Shown here: positions 1 through 8,501 of the stretch, piece by piece
How the letters are laid out: each line of letters starts with the position of its first letter
How positions within the stretch are numbered: the first letter of the stretch is position 1
Assembly: GCA_027297825.1 (NCBI GenBank)
Contig: JAPUHH010000034.1
Location: forward strand, 1-33,508
Source: Gammaproteobacteria bacterium
Lineage (GTDB): Bacteria > Pseudomonadota > Gammaproteobacteria > UBA4575
DNA length: 33,508 nt
Direction: 5' to 3'
Notes under the pieces: model-generated
What the model was told of the DNA's origin: nothing
Database searches by the model: none
The model's input: the letters and a program-made list of their open reading frames with translations, nothing else
Position numbers and translations under genes: made by a program

Positions 1-216
1 TGCGTGTATTTGTGTGCACGCAATGTACACAACAAATGACCAGTCTTTTATCAAAATACTTTCAAATATTGTTAAATAATTTTCATTAAAAATAATTGTA
101 AAAATCTGTAAGGTTTTTACATGTTGTGCGACTAACCAATAAGTTTGTAAATTTTTAAAAACGAAATACTACAAACGAAACTAAACAAAAATGTTATTTA
201 ATTTGGAGATTTAATC

Positions 217-453
217 ATGAAAGCAAAAGTACTCATCACCGCCGTATTGTTCGCGGCCACCAACTTTGCCTCGGCAAATGGCGGCTTATCCATCGACAGC
301 GTTGAAGCTAATGACTACATGTCTGCTGAAAACAGCCAACCTGAAATTGTCGCACAAGGACCGATTGATCAGTTTGAAGTCGTTACACCTGATCGTAACA
401 GAACCTTGGTTGACACCAACCAGCTTAAGCTATCTTACGACGGACAATCTTAA
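217..453 (+). CDS. hypothetical small secreted protein (78 aa)
   Basis: ORF with GGAG 8 nt upstream of the ATG. The N-terminus MKAKVLITAVLFAATNFASA looks like a Sec signal peptide. The mature part is acidic. No family recognised. Confidence 0.45.
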   Translation: MKAKVLITAVLFAATNFASANGGLSIDSVEANDYMSAENSQPEIVAQGPIDQFEVVTPDRNRTLVDTNQLKLSYDGQS

Positions 454-478
454 CAAGGCTACGCGTTAACTCTAGTAG

Positions 479-626
479 GCATGGATGCTCAGTGAACACG
501 GACGTTCTCTAGTTTAATAAAACACAAGGACGATGGTCACGGAGGAAACAGAATATGGATGTTCATCAAGGAGGATGTGAAACAGTTGGGTCGTCACGGA
601 GGAAATTGAACACGGACGTTCTCTAG
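479..626 (+). ncRNA. GGA-repeat element: candidate Csr/Rsm-type sponge RNA or CsrA-controlled 5' leader of the 647 ORF
   Basis: 11 GGA trinucleotides in 148 nt. Hairpins present GGA in the loop: gca-TGGA-tgc 479-488, gaac-ACGGAC-gttc 494-507 and again 608-621, catc-AAGGAG-gatg 564-577. Two direct repeats are present: tgaacacggacgttctctag at 493-512 and 607-626, and gtcacggaggaaa at 536-548 and 593-605. No clear promoter or terminator seen. Confidence 0.4.
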
Positions 627-646
627 AGCTTTATATGAGGTGAACC

Positions 647-964
647 ATGAAAAAACTAATCCTTACCACACTTTTATTAGTCCTAAGCACGGTCAGTAAT
701 GCAGAGGGTAGAGCTTCTGAACCAACCTTCTGTGAATGGTTAGGAGACTCGGCATTTGCGGTCGCCCAAAATCGAGACAATGGAATCGAAGAATATGACT
801 TGATTGGTAAAGTTTTATCAGAAGGTAAAAGTTATGGAGAGCAAAGTATTGTGATTCCACTCATTGATCGGGTGTACGGGATTGAGAGTGACCTTAGTTC
901 TAATGCGGTCGCCTATATGGAAAAACAACACTGTGAAATTGCATCTGTATACTTCATAAAGTAA
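647..964 (+). CDS. hypothetical small secreted protein (105 aa, two Cys)
   Basis: ORF with GAGG 6 nt upstream of the ATG. Signal-peptide-like N-terminus MKKLILTTLLLVLSTVSNA. No family recognised. Confidence 0.5.
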   Translation: MKKLILTTLLLVLSTVSNAEGRASEPTFCEWLGDSAFAVAQNRDNGIEEYDLIGKVLSEGKSYGEQSIVIPLIDRVYGIESDLSSNAVAYMEKQHCEIASVYFIK

Positions 965-1187
965 GCACGTGTTATTAGTTATTTGAAATACGATCAGGAT
1001 AAAAATTACAAAAGCTTTCACTACTTACCAGTAAATGTATTGTGAGATTTTCTCACTCTCTGTGGGCCAAGTTTAGGGGGCTAGGATAAAAACCGTATAG
1101 CAGTATCGTGTATGCACTAAATATTGAATTTTCCAAATGTAAATTTATTAGATAAGCTAGAATATAGCTATATTTTATTGATTTAAT

Positions 1188-1263
<76 letters not shown>

Positions 1264-1309
1264 ATTGATTCGGAATAATAGCGCGTTAGAAAAATTAGTA
1301 TATCTGTAA

Positions 1310-1732
1310 TCAGTTGCGATGCACGCGGATGATGACATCCACATCTTCAATCTGAATATCACTTGGTAATTCTGGTAATTTTGAGATTTTGACATGCTCG
1401 CTCGCAATGTCTTCGAGCTCACCGGTGTCTGAATAGTAAAGGTGATGATGTTTTGATAGGTTGGAGTCGTAAAACACCTTGGAAGGGTCAACGATTACTT
1501 CGCGTACGAGGCCTTGTTTAGCAAACAGGCCCAGCGTGTTATAGACCGTGGCTTTAGATACCTCATCGCTTTGATTTACAGCAGCTAATACTTGTTCCGC
1601 AGACATATGCTGGGGTTGCGAAAATATCACATGACCTATCTTGATGCGTTGATGGGTTGGCGTTATATCGTATTCTTTTAATAAGGATACGACTTCAGCT
1701 CGACTCTTCGGGAATTCGGCTTTTTCGTCCAT
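1310..1732 (-). CDS. Fur family transcriptional regulator
   Basis: 140 aa. Winged-helix part HMSAEQVLAAV...SKATVYNTLGLFAKQGLVREV and an HHH metal-site motif are typical of the Fur family. There is no C-terminal CxxC pair. The metal specificity cannot be told from sequence. Confidence 0.8.
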   Translation of the reverse strand: MDEKAEFPKSRAEVVSLLKEYDITPTHQRIKIGHVIFSQPQHMSAEQVLAAVNQSDEVSKATVYNTLGLFAKQGLVREVIVDPSKVFYDSNLSKHHHLYYSDTGELEDIASEHVKISKLPELPSDIQIEDVDVIIRVHRN

Positions 1733-1811
1733 AGATAAATTATAACTATTAATTAGACGAAGTCTATTTACGTATCTGAAGCCTTGTTTGGCTGTGAATC
1801 TAAGCTATTTT

Positions 1812-2894
1812 CTACCAGGCATAGGTCGAAATTTGTGATGCATTCGCCTTATTGGCAATCAGGTCTGAGGCTATTTTGGCGGAAGGAATGCTTGTTACGA
1901 TGCCATAGCGAAAGTGTCCGGCATTGATATATAGAGCCTCAATTTGTGGGTGTGCACTTATATATGGGACATCGCGAGCGGTGCCGGGACGTAGCGCTGA
2001 CCAGTGTTGCAGCACCTCTACCTCTTTTAATGCGGGGCAAATTTTGCAGGCATGTAAGTGCAGCAGTTCTTTCGCTTCTTGTGTAGTGGAGCGACTAAAA
2101 CCCACGTATTCTAGCGTGCTGCCACATAATAAGAATTGGTCTTGTCGTGGAATAAGGTAAAAGCCGTTATGAATAATAATGTGCGACAGTACATTTTGTG
2201 GTGGTTTAAATAGCAGCATTTGTCCGCGTACCGGTTCAATATCAGTCTTCAGGTCACTCGTACGAGTCAACAATTGCTGTGTCCACGCGCCATTACAAAG
2301 TATGACTTGCTCGGCAAACATGGTTTCTTGTTTGGTTTTAACCCCCACCACTTTGCTGGTTTCTAATACCAGTTGGGTTACTTCGGCGTCTTCAAAAATG
2401 TCTACGCCATGTTTAAGTAAAGATTGATGAACCGCTTTAATCAGTAAAGGCGGGCGCACTTGCATGACGGTAGGTAGACGTAATGCTGCAGAAAACTTTT
2501 TGTCTAGGTTTGGTTCGAGCTGATTTAACTCTTTGCGGTCTAGAAGTTCGATAGGGGTGCTATTTTTTTTTGCCCATGCGAGTGCAGTTTGTTGTTCTGC
2601 CACATCGATAATGAGCATGCCACTTTGCAATAATTGTGCGTCGATTCCCGTTTCGTTTTTTAATACTTCGACGAGGGCTGGAAAAGAGGCTTGGCCTTGA
2701 GTCACCAGCTGTTGCATCTCGTCACTTTGTTGCCAAGGATATAGTTTTGAAAGGATGCCGCCCGCGGCCCAACTCGCTGCGCTACCAAGTTTATTTTTTT
2801 CTACCAGGGCAACATTATAGCCTTCCATTTGTAAGTTGCGCGCGGTAAGCATGCCGATTAAGCCGCCGCCGACAACTAGAATGTCATAAGTCAT
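1812..2894 (-). CDS. thiO: FAD-dependent glycine oxidase ThiO
   Basis: 360 aa. N-terminal dinucleotide fold DILVVGGGLIGMLTARNL and DAO-family layout. Divergent from thiS, the usual thiO context. Confidence 0.8.
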   Translation of the reverse strand: MTYDILVVGGGLIGMLTARNLQMEGYNVALVEKNKLGSAASWAAGGILSKLYPWQQSDEMQQLVTQGQASFPALVEVLKNETGIDAQLLQSGMLIIDVAEQQTALAWAKKNSTPIELLDRKELNQLEPNLDKKFSAALRLPTVMQVRPPLLIKAVHQSLLKHGVDIFEDAEVTQLVLETSKVVGVKTKQETMFAEQVILCNGAWTQQLLTRTSDLKTDIEPVRGQMLLFKPPQNVLSHIIIHNGFYLIPRQDQFLLCGSTLEYVGFSRSTTQEAKELLHLHACKICPALKEVEVLQHWSALRPGTARDVPYISAHPQIEALYINAGHFRYGIVTSIPSAKIASDLIANKANASQISTYAW

Positions 2895-2975
2895 AGTAAT
2901 TTTTAGATGTTGAACAATGCATGGTGTTCACAGATTATAGCGATTGTAGGACAAACTGTTTGGAATAAAGACACG

Positions 2976-3176
2976 ATGCAAATAATTTTAAATGGCAATG
3001 TAAAGAATGTTTCTGACGGTCTTACCACCGCTGGGTTACTCGATGATCTAGGATTGCAAGATCAGCGCATTGCCGTTGAGGTGAACCAAGAGCTCGTGGT
3101 GCGCAGCTCATTTGCTACACATGAGCTCCAAGACGGCGATTGCGTCGAGATTATTCAGGCCATCGGCGGTGGTTGA
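2976..3176 (+). CDS. thiS: sulfur carrier protein ThiS
   Basis: 66 aa from the internal ATG (MQIILNGN...), ending in the diagnostic C-terminal GG (QAIGGG). The longer 2907 start in the ORF track adds a non-homologous extension. Confidence 0.85.
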   Translation: MQIILNGNVKNVSDGLTTAGLLDDLGLQDQRIAVEVNQELVVRSSFATHELQDGDCVEIIQAIGGG

Positions 3177-3865
3177 GGAAATTTACTTTGTCTATTGCGC
3201 ATTACGTCATATGCCGTTACGCCATAATATAGAGGTTTGCGTTTTTTGAGGGTAGGAATGATTTGAATGGTGGCCAGGAATATAAATATCGCGGCCCAGC
3301 ACTCGCAACATTCCTCAATCACTCGCCCAATATGTGTATGATTCAAGCCGGATTTGTCACAAAGCTGCGAGATAGCCAGCACTACAAGCCATAAAGCCAA
3401 AGCCACAGCCCAGGGCTCCAAGTCGAGAATTTCTTGCCAAATGGTGCGCGTGTATCTGGCTAATAAATACAATATAAAAACTGCAAGTATTAAAAATATC
3501 AGCCCGGCTATTATTTTTTGCCACATTGGCACTGAAGCCATGGTGTAAAATTTACCACGTGTGACATGTTCTACCGTTAGTAAGCGATGTAAATCAGCTT
3601 CGCGAAGAAAATAGATGAGCACTACATAAGCAGTTGCGATCGCAGTTAATTTTGAAGAGGCTATATGCGGATTTACAATTAAGGTTAATAACACCACAAA
3701 TGCGCAGCCTAAGAAGGTCAGTGTTATGATTGACACAAAGCCGGCATCTGCAATACCACTGCCACTGATAGTGGGCGGCAGCAAATAGGTATGCACACCA
3801 ATATAGATTGGCAGTAGGGCTAGAAAAAGAAAATTAATTAAATTGGCAGTTCGGCCATTCGACAT
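3155..3865 (-). CDS. hypothetical polytopic membrane protein (236 aa)
   Basis: Long ORF with about 6-7 hydrophobic segments and a basic, proline-rich tail. No family recognised. Its 3' end overlaps the thiS 3' end by 22 nt (convergent). Confidence 0.55.
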   Translation of the reverse strand: MSNGRTANLINFLFLALLPIYIGVHTYLLPPTISGSGIADAGFVSIITLTFLGCAFVVLLTLIVNPHIASSKLTAIATAYVVLIYFLREADLHRLLTVEHVTRGKFYTMASVPMWQKIIAGLIFLILAVFILYLLARYTRTIWQEILDLEPWAVALALWLVVLAISQLCDKSGLNHTHIGRVIEECCECWAAIFIFLATIQIIPTLKKRKPLYYGVTAYDVMRNRQSKFPQPPPMA

Positions 3866-3928
3866 TGCAAATATCGCCTTGAAAGCAGATTATTATTTCT
3901 TATAAAAATGTAACACATAAGTAAGGTT

Positions 3929-4747
3929 ATGACAGTAACAGCAATGCCAACCAGTGTAAGCAAACAGGGCGAAGATACGTTCACCGTTGCGGGGAAAAAT
4001 TACTCCTCGCGCCTGTTGGTGGGCACTGGTAAGTATAAAGACTTAACGGAGACGCGCGCCGCCATCGTCGCCAGTGGAGCGCAGATTGTTACAGTAGCGA
4101 TTCGTAGAACCAATATTGGGCAAGATAAAGACGCGCCTAATTTGCTCGATGTCATTTCACCCACTGAATTTACCATTTTGCCAAATACCGCAGGCTGCTA
4201 CACCGCGAAAGATGCAGTGCGCACTTGCCGGTTAGCCCGAGAATTATTAGATGGGCATGCGCTGGTAAAACTAGAGGTGTTGGGCGATGAAAAAACCCTG
4301 TATCCGAATGTAGTCGATACTTTGGAAGCCGCAACAACGCTAGTAAAAGAAGATTTTCAAGTCATGGTCTATACCAATGATGACCCAATTGTGGCCAAAC
4401 AATTTGAAGAAATGGGCTGTGTGGCAGTTATGCCTCTGGCCGCGCCGATTGGTTCGGGTTTAGGCGTGCGGAACCCTTACAATATCCTCACTATAGTTGA
4501 AAATGCTAACGTGCCTATCATAGTAGATGCCGGCGTTGGTACCGCGTCAGATGCAGCACTCGCTATGGAATTGGGTTGTGATGGCGTGCTGATGAACACC
4601 GCAATTGCAGAAGCTAAACATCCCATATTGATGGCGACAGCGATGAAGCATGGTATCGAAGCAGGCCACTTGGCTTTTCTTGCGGGCCGCATGCCAAGGC
4701 GTCGTTTTGCATCCGCCTCATCGCCGATTGATGGCACTTTTATCTAA
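3929..4747 (+). CDS. thiG: thiazole synthase ThiG
   Basis: 272 aa. Motifs [26 protein letters not shown] and [14 protein letters not shown] are characteristic of ThiG. Confidence 0.95.
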   Translation: MTVTAMPTSVSKQGEDTFTVAGKNYSSRLLVGTGKYKDLTETRAAIVASGAQIVTVAIRRTNIGQDKDAPNLLDVISPTEFTILPNTAGCYTAKDAVRTCRLARELLDGHALVKLEVLGDEKTLYPNVVDTLEAATTLVKEDFQVMVYTNDDPIVAKQFEEMGCVAVMPLAAPIGSGLGVRNPYNILTIVENANVPIIVDAGVGTASDAALAMELGCDGVLMNTAIAEAKHPILMATAMKHGIEAGHLAFLAGRMPRRRFASASSPIDGTFI

Positions 4748-4767
4748 CCGCAGCTCTAAATACCTTC

Positions 4768-5439
4768 TTGCAAATGTCTTCTGCAGTGATCCGAAGTTTT
4801 GTGCGTCGGGAAGGCCGCTTTACACAAGGCCAAAAATTAGCCTTTAAAAACTATTGGTCTTTGTATGGCATTGAGCCTGCAGAAGGGCATCTTGATCTAG
4901 CCGGTGTTTTTAGCAACACGCAGCCGACAATTCTCGATATTGGTTTTGGTAATGGCGAAGCGTTGCTTGCCTTGGCTAAACAATATCCAGAGTTAAATAT
5001 TTTAGGCGTAGAGGTGCATCGCCCAGGGATTGGTTCTTTATTAAGAGGCGTGGCAGAAGCAGAAATTAATAATGTGCGTGTGATTAATATGGATGCCGTG
5101 ATCCTATTGCAGGAACATATTGCGGCAGAATTCTTGAGTGCAGTATTGGTCTGGTTTCCTGATCCTTGGTCTAAGAGACGTCATCATAAAAGACGCATGA
5201 TACAAACCGAGTTTGTGCAATTGGTAGCAAACAAGCTCGTGAGTGATGGGGAATTAAATATTGCGACTGACTGGCAGCACTATGCATGTCATATACAAAA
5301 AACTTTAGATAACTGTGCATTATTTGAAAAAATCACTGTTTCGAATTTAATTCAGCAACGTCCGAATACAAAGTTTGAACGTCGTGGCAAAAGACTCGGA
5401 CATCAAGTATTTGACCAGGTGTATAAAAAAGTCCGCTAA
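4768..5439 (+). CDS. trmB: tRNA (guanine46-N7)-methyltransferase TrmB
   Basis: 223 aa. SAM motif LDIGFGNGE and FPDPWSKRRHHKRR are hallmarks of TrmB. The thiG-trmB adjacency is conserved in Pseudomonas-like genomes. Confidence 0.9.
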   Translation: MQMSSAVIRSFVRREGRFTQGQKLAFKNYWSLYGIEPAEGHLDLAGVFSNTQPTILDIGFGNGEALLALAKQYPELNILGVEVHRPGIGSLLRGVAEAEINNVRVINMDAVILLQEHIAAEFLSAVLVWFPDPWSKRRHHKRRMIQTEFVQLVANKLVSDGELNIATDWQHYACHIQKTLDNCALFEKITVSNLIQQRPNTKFERRGKRLGHQVFDQVYKKVR

Positions 5440-5450
5440 GAGCTTGCTAA

Positions 5451-5657
5451 TTATTTCTCAGGTAGGGTGATGCGTCTTGCTGGGCATTCACGCTCCACCG
5501 CCAGCGGGCATACTTCTTCTTCACAATGGCTAATGTTTTGCCAAGCAAATTCGATGGCGCGTAAATCCGATCGATAAAAGTGATCAATCCAGTCAGGCCC
5601 GGCAAATCCGGTGCGAACAAATACATCCATGACTAGGCGTTTAGTGCGTGCAAACAC
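5451..5657 (-). pseudogene. C-terminal STAS-domain remainder of the upstream SulP gene, separated from it by one in-frame TAA
   Basis: Same reading frame as 5667-7241. RTKRLVMDVFVRTGFAGPDWIDHFYRSDLRAI aligns with the last strand and helices of SulP STAS domains (compare E. coli DauA LLLSGVQPQPLKMLRRAGFIDEIGEENF). A Cys-rich tail follows. Confidence 0.55.
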
Positions 5658-5666
5658 AAGTACAAT

Positions 5667-7241
5667 TTAAAAGGCAGCTAGACTCAATGACAATTGGTGC
5701 AACATGTCTTCGCCGGTTGCATCAATATCAGTGATCGCTTCGGCATCAATAATAATAAATTTAAGATCAGATTTTGCTGCAACACGTTCTAATACTTTGG
5801 CTTCAAAGTACATGGCACTGGCAAAAAATAACGGTCCTTCAAAACGCAAAATCGATATATTTGGACAGGTTTTGAGAATGTTGACTTCTGCATCGCGCAA
5901 AGTGCCATCGGTATGGCGTGATAGCACAGCGATATGCGGGCGCATGGTGCGATACATGAACAATCCAAGTGACAGCAAGACACCAACAAAAATACTTTGC
6001 TCTAAATGCGGGGCTAGAATCAGAGTTAACACAAAAGTTAGTATGGCGATAAAGCCATCGTGTTTGTGCACCCGCCATGCGTATTTAATTTGTTTAATTC
6101 GAATCAGGTTGATGACCGCAGAAATAATGACTGCTGCTAATGTGGCTTGTGGTAAGTGATATAAGTATTGAGAGAAGTACAATAGGATAAGTGATGCGGC
6201 GACGAGTAAACCGGTAACAATGGCTGCAAATCCAGTCTTCGCACCAGCGGACATGTTAATGGCCGAGCGCGAAAATGATCCTGCTACAGGATAGGCGCCA
6301 GATAAACCCGAGACAATATTCGCTAATCCTTGTCCAACTAAACCTTGATTGGCATCGATGCGTTGTCGAGTTTGGACCGCAATGGCTTTGGCAACAGAAA
6401 TCGCTTCCATATAGCCGACTACCGCAATCACCATGGCTGTGCCGATTAAGTCAATCGCAATCGATATATCAAAGCTTGGGAATGCAATTGCAGGTAGACC
6501 TGCTGGCACGTTGCCGACCACTTTCCCGCCTAACGCTTCATAACCTAAAATGAAGGAAATCAAACTGGTTGCCACCACCGCGGTGAGTACGCCAGGAACT
6601 TTAGGCACAAAGCGTTTGAGCCCAAAAATAATGGCTAAAGAGGCGATACCCATTAACAGGGTTGGAAGGTGGGTATGTTGCAATGCTTCAACTAAAACAT
6701 TCCATATTGTTAAATAAAAATGATGTCCCGCTTCAGCGGTAACTCCAAGTATTTTAGATAGCTGAGAAGCGGCAATAATAATGGCCGCGGCATTGGTAAA
6801 ACCAATAACGACCGGATGCGATAAGAATTCGACTAATACTCCAAGGCGTAACAGCCCTAGCGATAATTGAAAAATACCCACAATAAGTGCGAGCACTGCA
6901 GCATAGACTATATAACCTTCAGGATTAGCCGATGCCAGTGGCTCTAGTGCTGCTGCGGTCATTAAGGAAACGACGGCAACTGGACCGGTTTGCAGTTGGC
7001 GAGAGGAGCCAAATAGTGAAGCAACAATTGTAGGTAAAAAAGATGCATACAGGCCGTAATAGGCAGGTAAGCCGGCGAGTTGTGCATAGGCCATCGATTG
7101 TGGGATTAACACCAATGCCACAGTGAGCCCTGCCAGGCAGTCTTTCCATAAAATGGAGGGGTCTTTTAGCTCACTAATCCAATCTAAATAGGGAATGAAG
7201 CGGTGAATAAATTCATGAGTATATTGCTGTGCTGAGATCAA
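5667..7241 (-). CDS. SulP family anion transporter with truncated STAS domain
   Basis: 524 aa. Polytopic SulP core followed by the start of a STAS domain (LKFIIIDAEAITDIDATGEDML). It ends prematurely at TAA 5667-5669. A joined product would be about 596 aa, a typical SulP length. Confidence 0.85.
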   Translation of the reverse strand: MISAQQYTHEFIHRFIPYLDWISELKDPSILWKDCLAGLTVALVLIPQSMAYAQLAGLPAYYGLYASFLPTIVASLFGSSRQLQTGPVAVVSLMTAAALEPLASANPEGYIVYAAVLALIVGIFQLSLGLLRLGVLVEFLSHPVVIGFTNAAAIIIAASQLSKILGVTAEAGHHFYLTIWNVLVEALQHTHLPTLLMGIASLAIIFGLKRFVPKVPGVLTAVVATSLISFILGYEALGGKVVGNVPAGLPAIAFPSFDISIAIDLIGTAMVIAVVGYMEAISVAKAIAVQTRQRIDANQGLVGQGLANIVSGLSGAYPVAGSFSRSAINMSAGAKTGFAAIVTGLLVAASLILLYFSQYLYHLPQATLAAVIISAVINLIRIKQIKYAWRVHKHDGFIAILTFVLTLILAPHLEQSIFVGVLLSLGLFMYRTMRPHIAVLSRHTDGTLRDAEVNILKTCPNISILRFEGPLFFASAMYFEAKVLERVAAKSDLKFIIIDAEAITDIDATGEDMLHQLSLSLAAF

Positions 7242-7510
7242 CGAGTTCTCCTGACCATTTTAATAATCCATTAAACCCTGCCAAACAGTGGGATATGCTG
7301 TTTTGAGCTCATACCTTAGTGATTTGCTCTGTGTGCAGGTAGTAACAAAGCGCTTACATGCAGTTATCGCAGTATATTAACATGCTTTATAAAGCCGTGG
7401 ATGTAATTACCCCTAATCTATAGAGTTATATAATATTTTTTTTAATCTTGCAGTGATGAATTTCGTTTTGCTTCTAGAAAACGGTAAAGTGTCTGACTGG
7501 AGATAATTTT

Positions 7511-7576
7511 ATGTCCCCCATTATTATGCTTAGACCGCAAGCTGCGAGCAGTACCGCTATGATGATTTGGCAATAA
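7511..7576 (+). CDS. 21-codon upstream ORF (MSPIIMLRPQAASSTAMMIWQ) abutting prk
   Basis: GGAG at 7499-7502, 8 nt before the ATG. Its TAA stop lies 4 nt before the prk ATG, which itself lacks a visible Shine-Dalgarno. Purely a sequence-level call. Confidence 0.25.
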   Translation: MSPIIMLRPQAASSTAMMIWQ

Positions 7577-7580
7577 GCTA

Positions 7581-8477
7581 ATGTCTATGCAACACCCCAT
7601 CATTGCAGTTACGGGTTCCTCGGGTGCAGGCACCTCAACCGTGCGTGAAGCATTTGAGCATATATTTGCAGAGATTGGTGTTAATCCTGTGGTGATTGAA
7701 GGAGATAGTTTCCAAAAGTATACGCGTGCAGAAATGTATGAGCGCATCAAAATCCCAGACCTGTTCGGCCGACGTTTGACGCACTTTGCTCCAGAAGGGA
7801 ACTTGTTAGAGCGATTAGATCAATTGTTCCGTGACTATAGTGAAACGGGTAGTGGTGAAAAGCGTTTGTATCTACATAGCAGGGAAGAAGCCGTCGCATA
7901 CCCAGACTTAAGTCGCGGCGAATTTACCCCATGGGAAGTGATTCCACCGAATTCTGATCTATTATTTTATGAGGGCTTGCATGGAGGGTTGGTAACAGAA
8001 AACTGCAATATCGCGCAGCATGTTGATCTCTTGGTCGGCGTGGCCCCCACGACGAATCTGGAGTGGATACAAAAAATTCATCGTGACAGTTCAGAACGTG
8101 GTTATACACATGCAGAAGTGGTTAGTACTATTGTACGCCGCATGCCTGACTATGTTACGTATGTTTCGCCTCAGTTTTCTCGCACCGATGTTAATTTTCA
8201 ACGCGTTCCAATTATAGATACTGCCAATCCTTTTGATGTACAAGACATTCCAGCTTTGCATGAAAGTCTAGCGATAGTGCATATTCGTCGCCCAGAAAAA
8301 TTTAGTATTAGTATTGATGAATTGCGTGAGCAAGTTGAAAATTCCTATAGCATTAAATCTAATCAGCTAATTATGCCTGCAGAAAAAATGGTGTTTGCAA
8401 TGGAAACCTTGCTAACACCAACTATAAAAATGTTGCTGGGAAATTGTACAGATACACAATGGAAATCGGCTAAATGA
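7581..8477 (+). CDS. prk: phosphoribulokinase
   Basis: 298 aa. P-loop IIAVTGSSGAGTST and overall similarity to bacterial PrkB/CbbP. The start could also be ATG 7587. Confidence 0.9.
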   Translation: MSMQHPIIAVTGSSGAGTSTVREAFEHIFAEIGVNPVVIEGDSFQKYTRAEMYERIKIPDLFGRRLTHFAPEGNLLERLDQLFRDYSETGSGEKRLYLHSREEAVAYPDLSRGEFTPWEVIPPNSDLLFYEGLHGGLVTENCNIAQHVDLLVGVAPTTNLEWIQKIHRDSSERGYTHAEVVSTIVRRMPDYVTYVSPQFSRTDVNFQRVPIIDTANPFDVQDIPALHESLAIVHIRRPEKFSISIDELREQVENSYSIKSNQLIMPAEKMVFAMETLLTPTIKMLLGNCTDTQWKSAK

Positions 8478-8501
8478 GTTGCGACTAAACTATTAGATTC
8501 C

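Noticed and set aside
108-124. TGTAA-N5-TTACA inverted repeat as a possible GacA/UvrY box for the 479-626 GGA element
   Set aside because: The spacing is 3 nt shorter than the TGTAAG-N6-CTTACA consensus. It also lies about 360 nt away, upstream of a protein-coding ORF, so it is not convincing.
2895-3928. Expected TPP (THI-box) riboswitch in front of thiS, thiO or thiG
   Set aside because: I could not find the conserved CUGAGA / ACCUGAUCUGGAUAAUGCCAGCG-type elements in either spacer by eye. A covariance-model scan would be needed to be certain.
5704-6159. Antisense shadow ORFs inside long genes (for example 5704-6159, 11137-11568, 20500-20955, 22137-22520, 32869-33402)
   Set aside because: Each lies wholly within a strongly supported gene on the opposite strand and lacks start signals and family resemblance.
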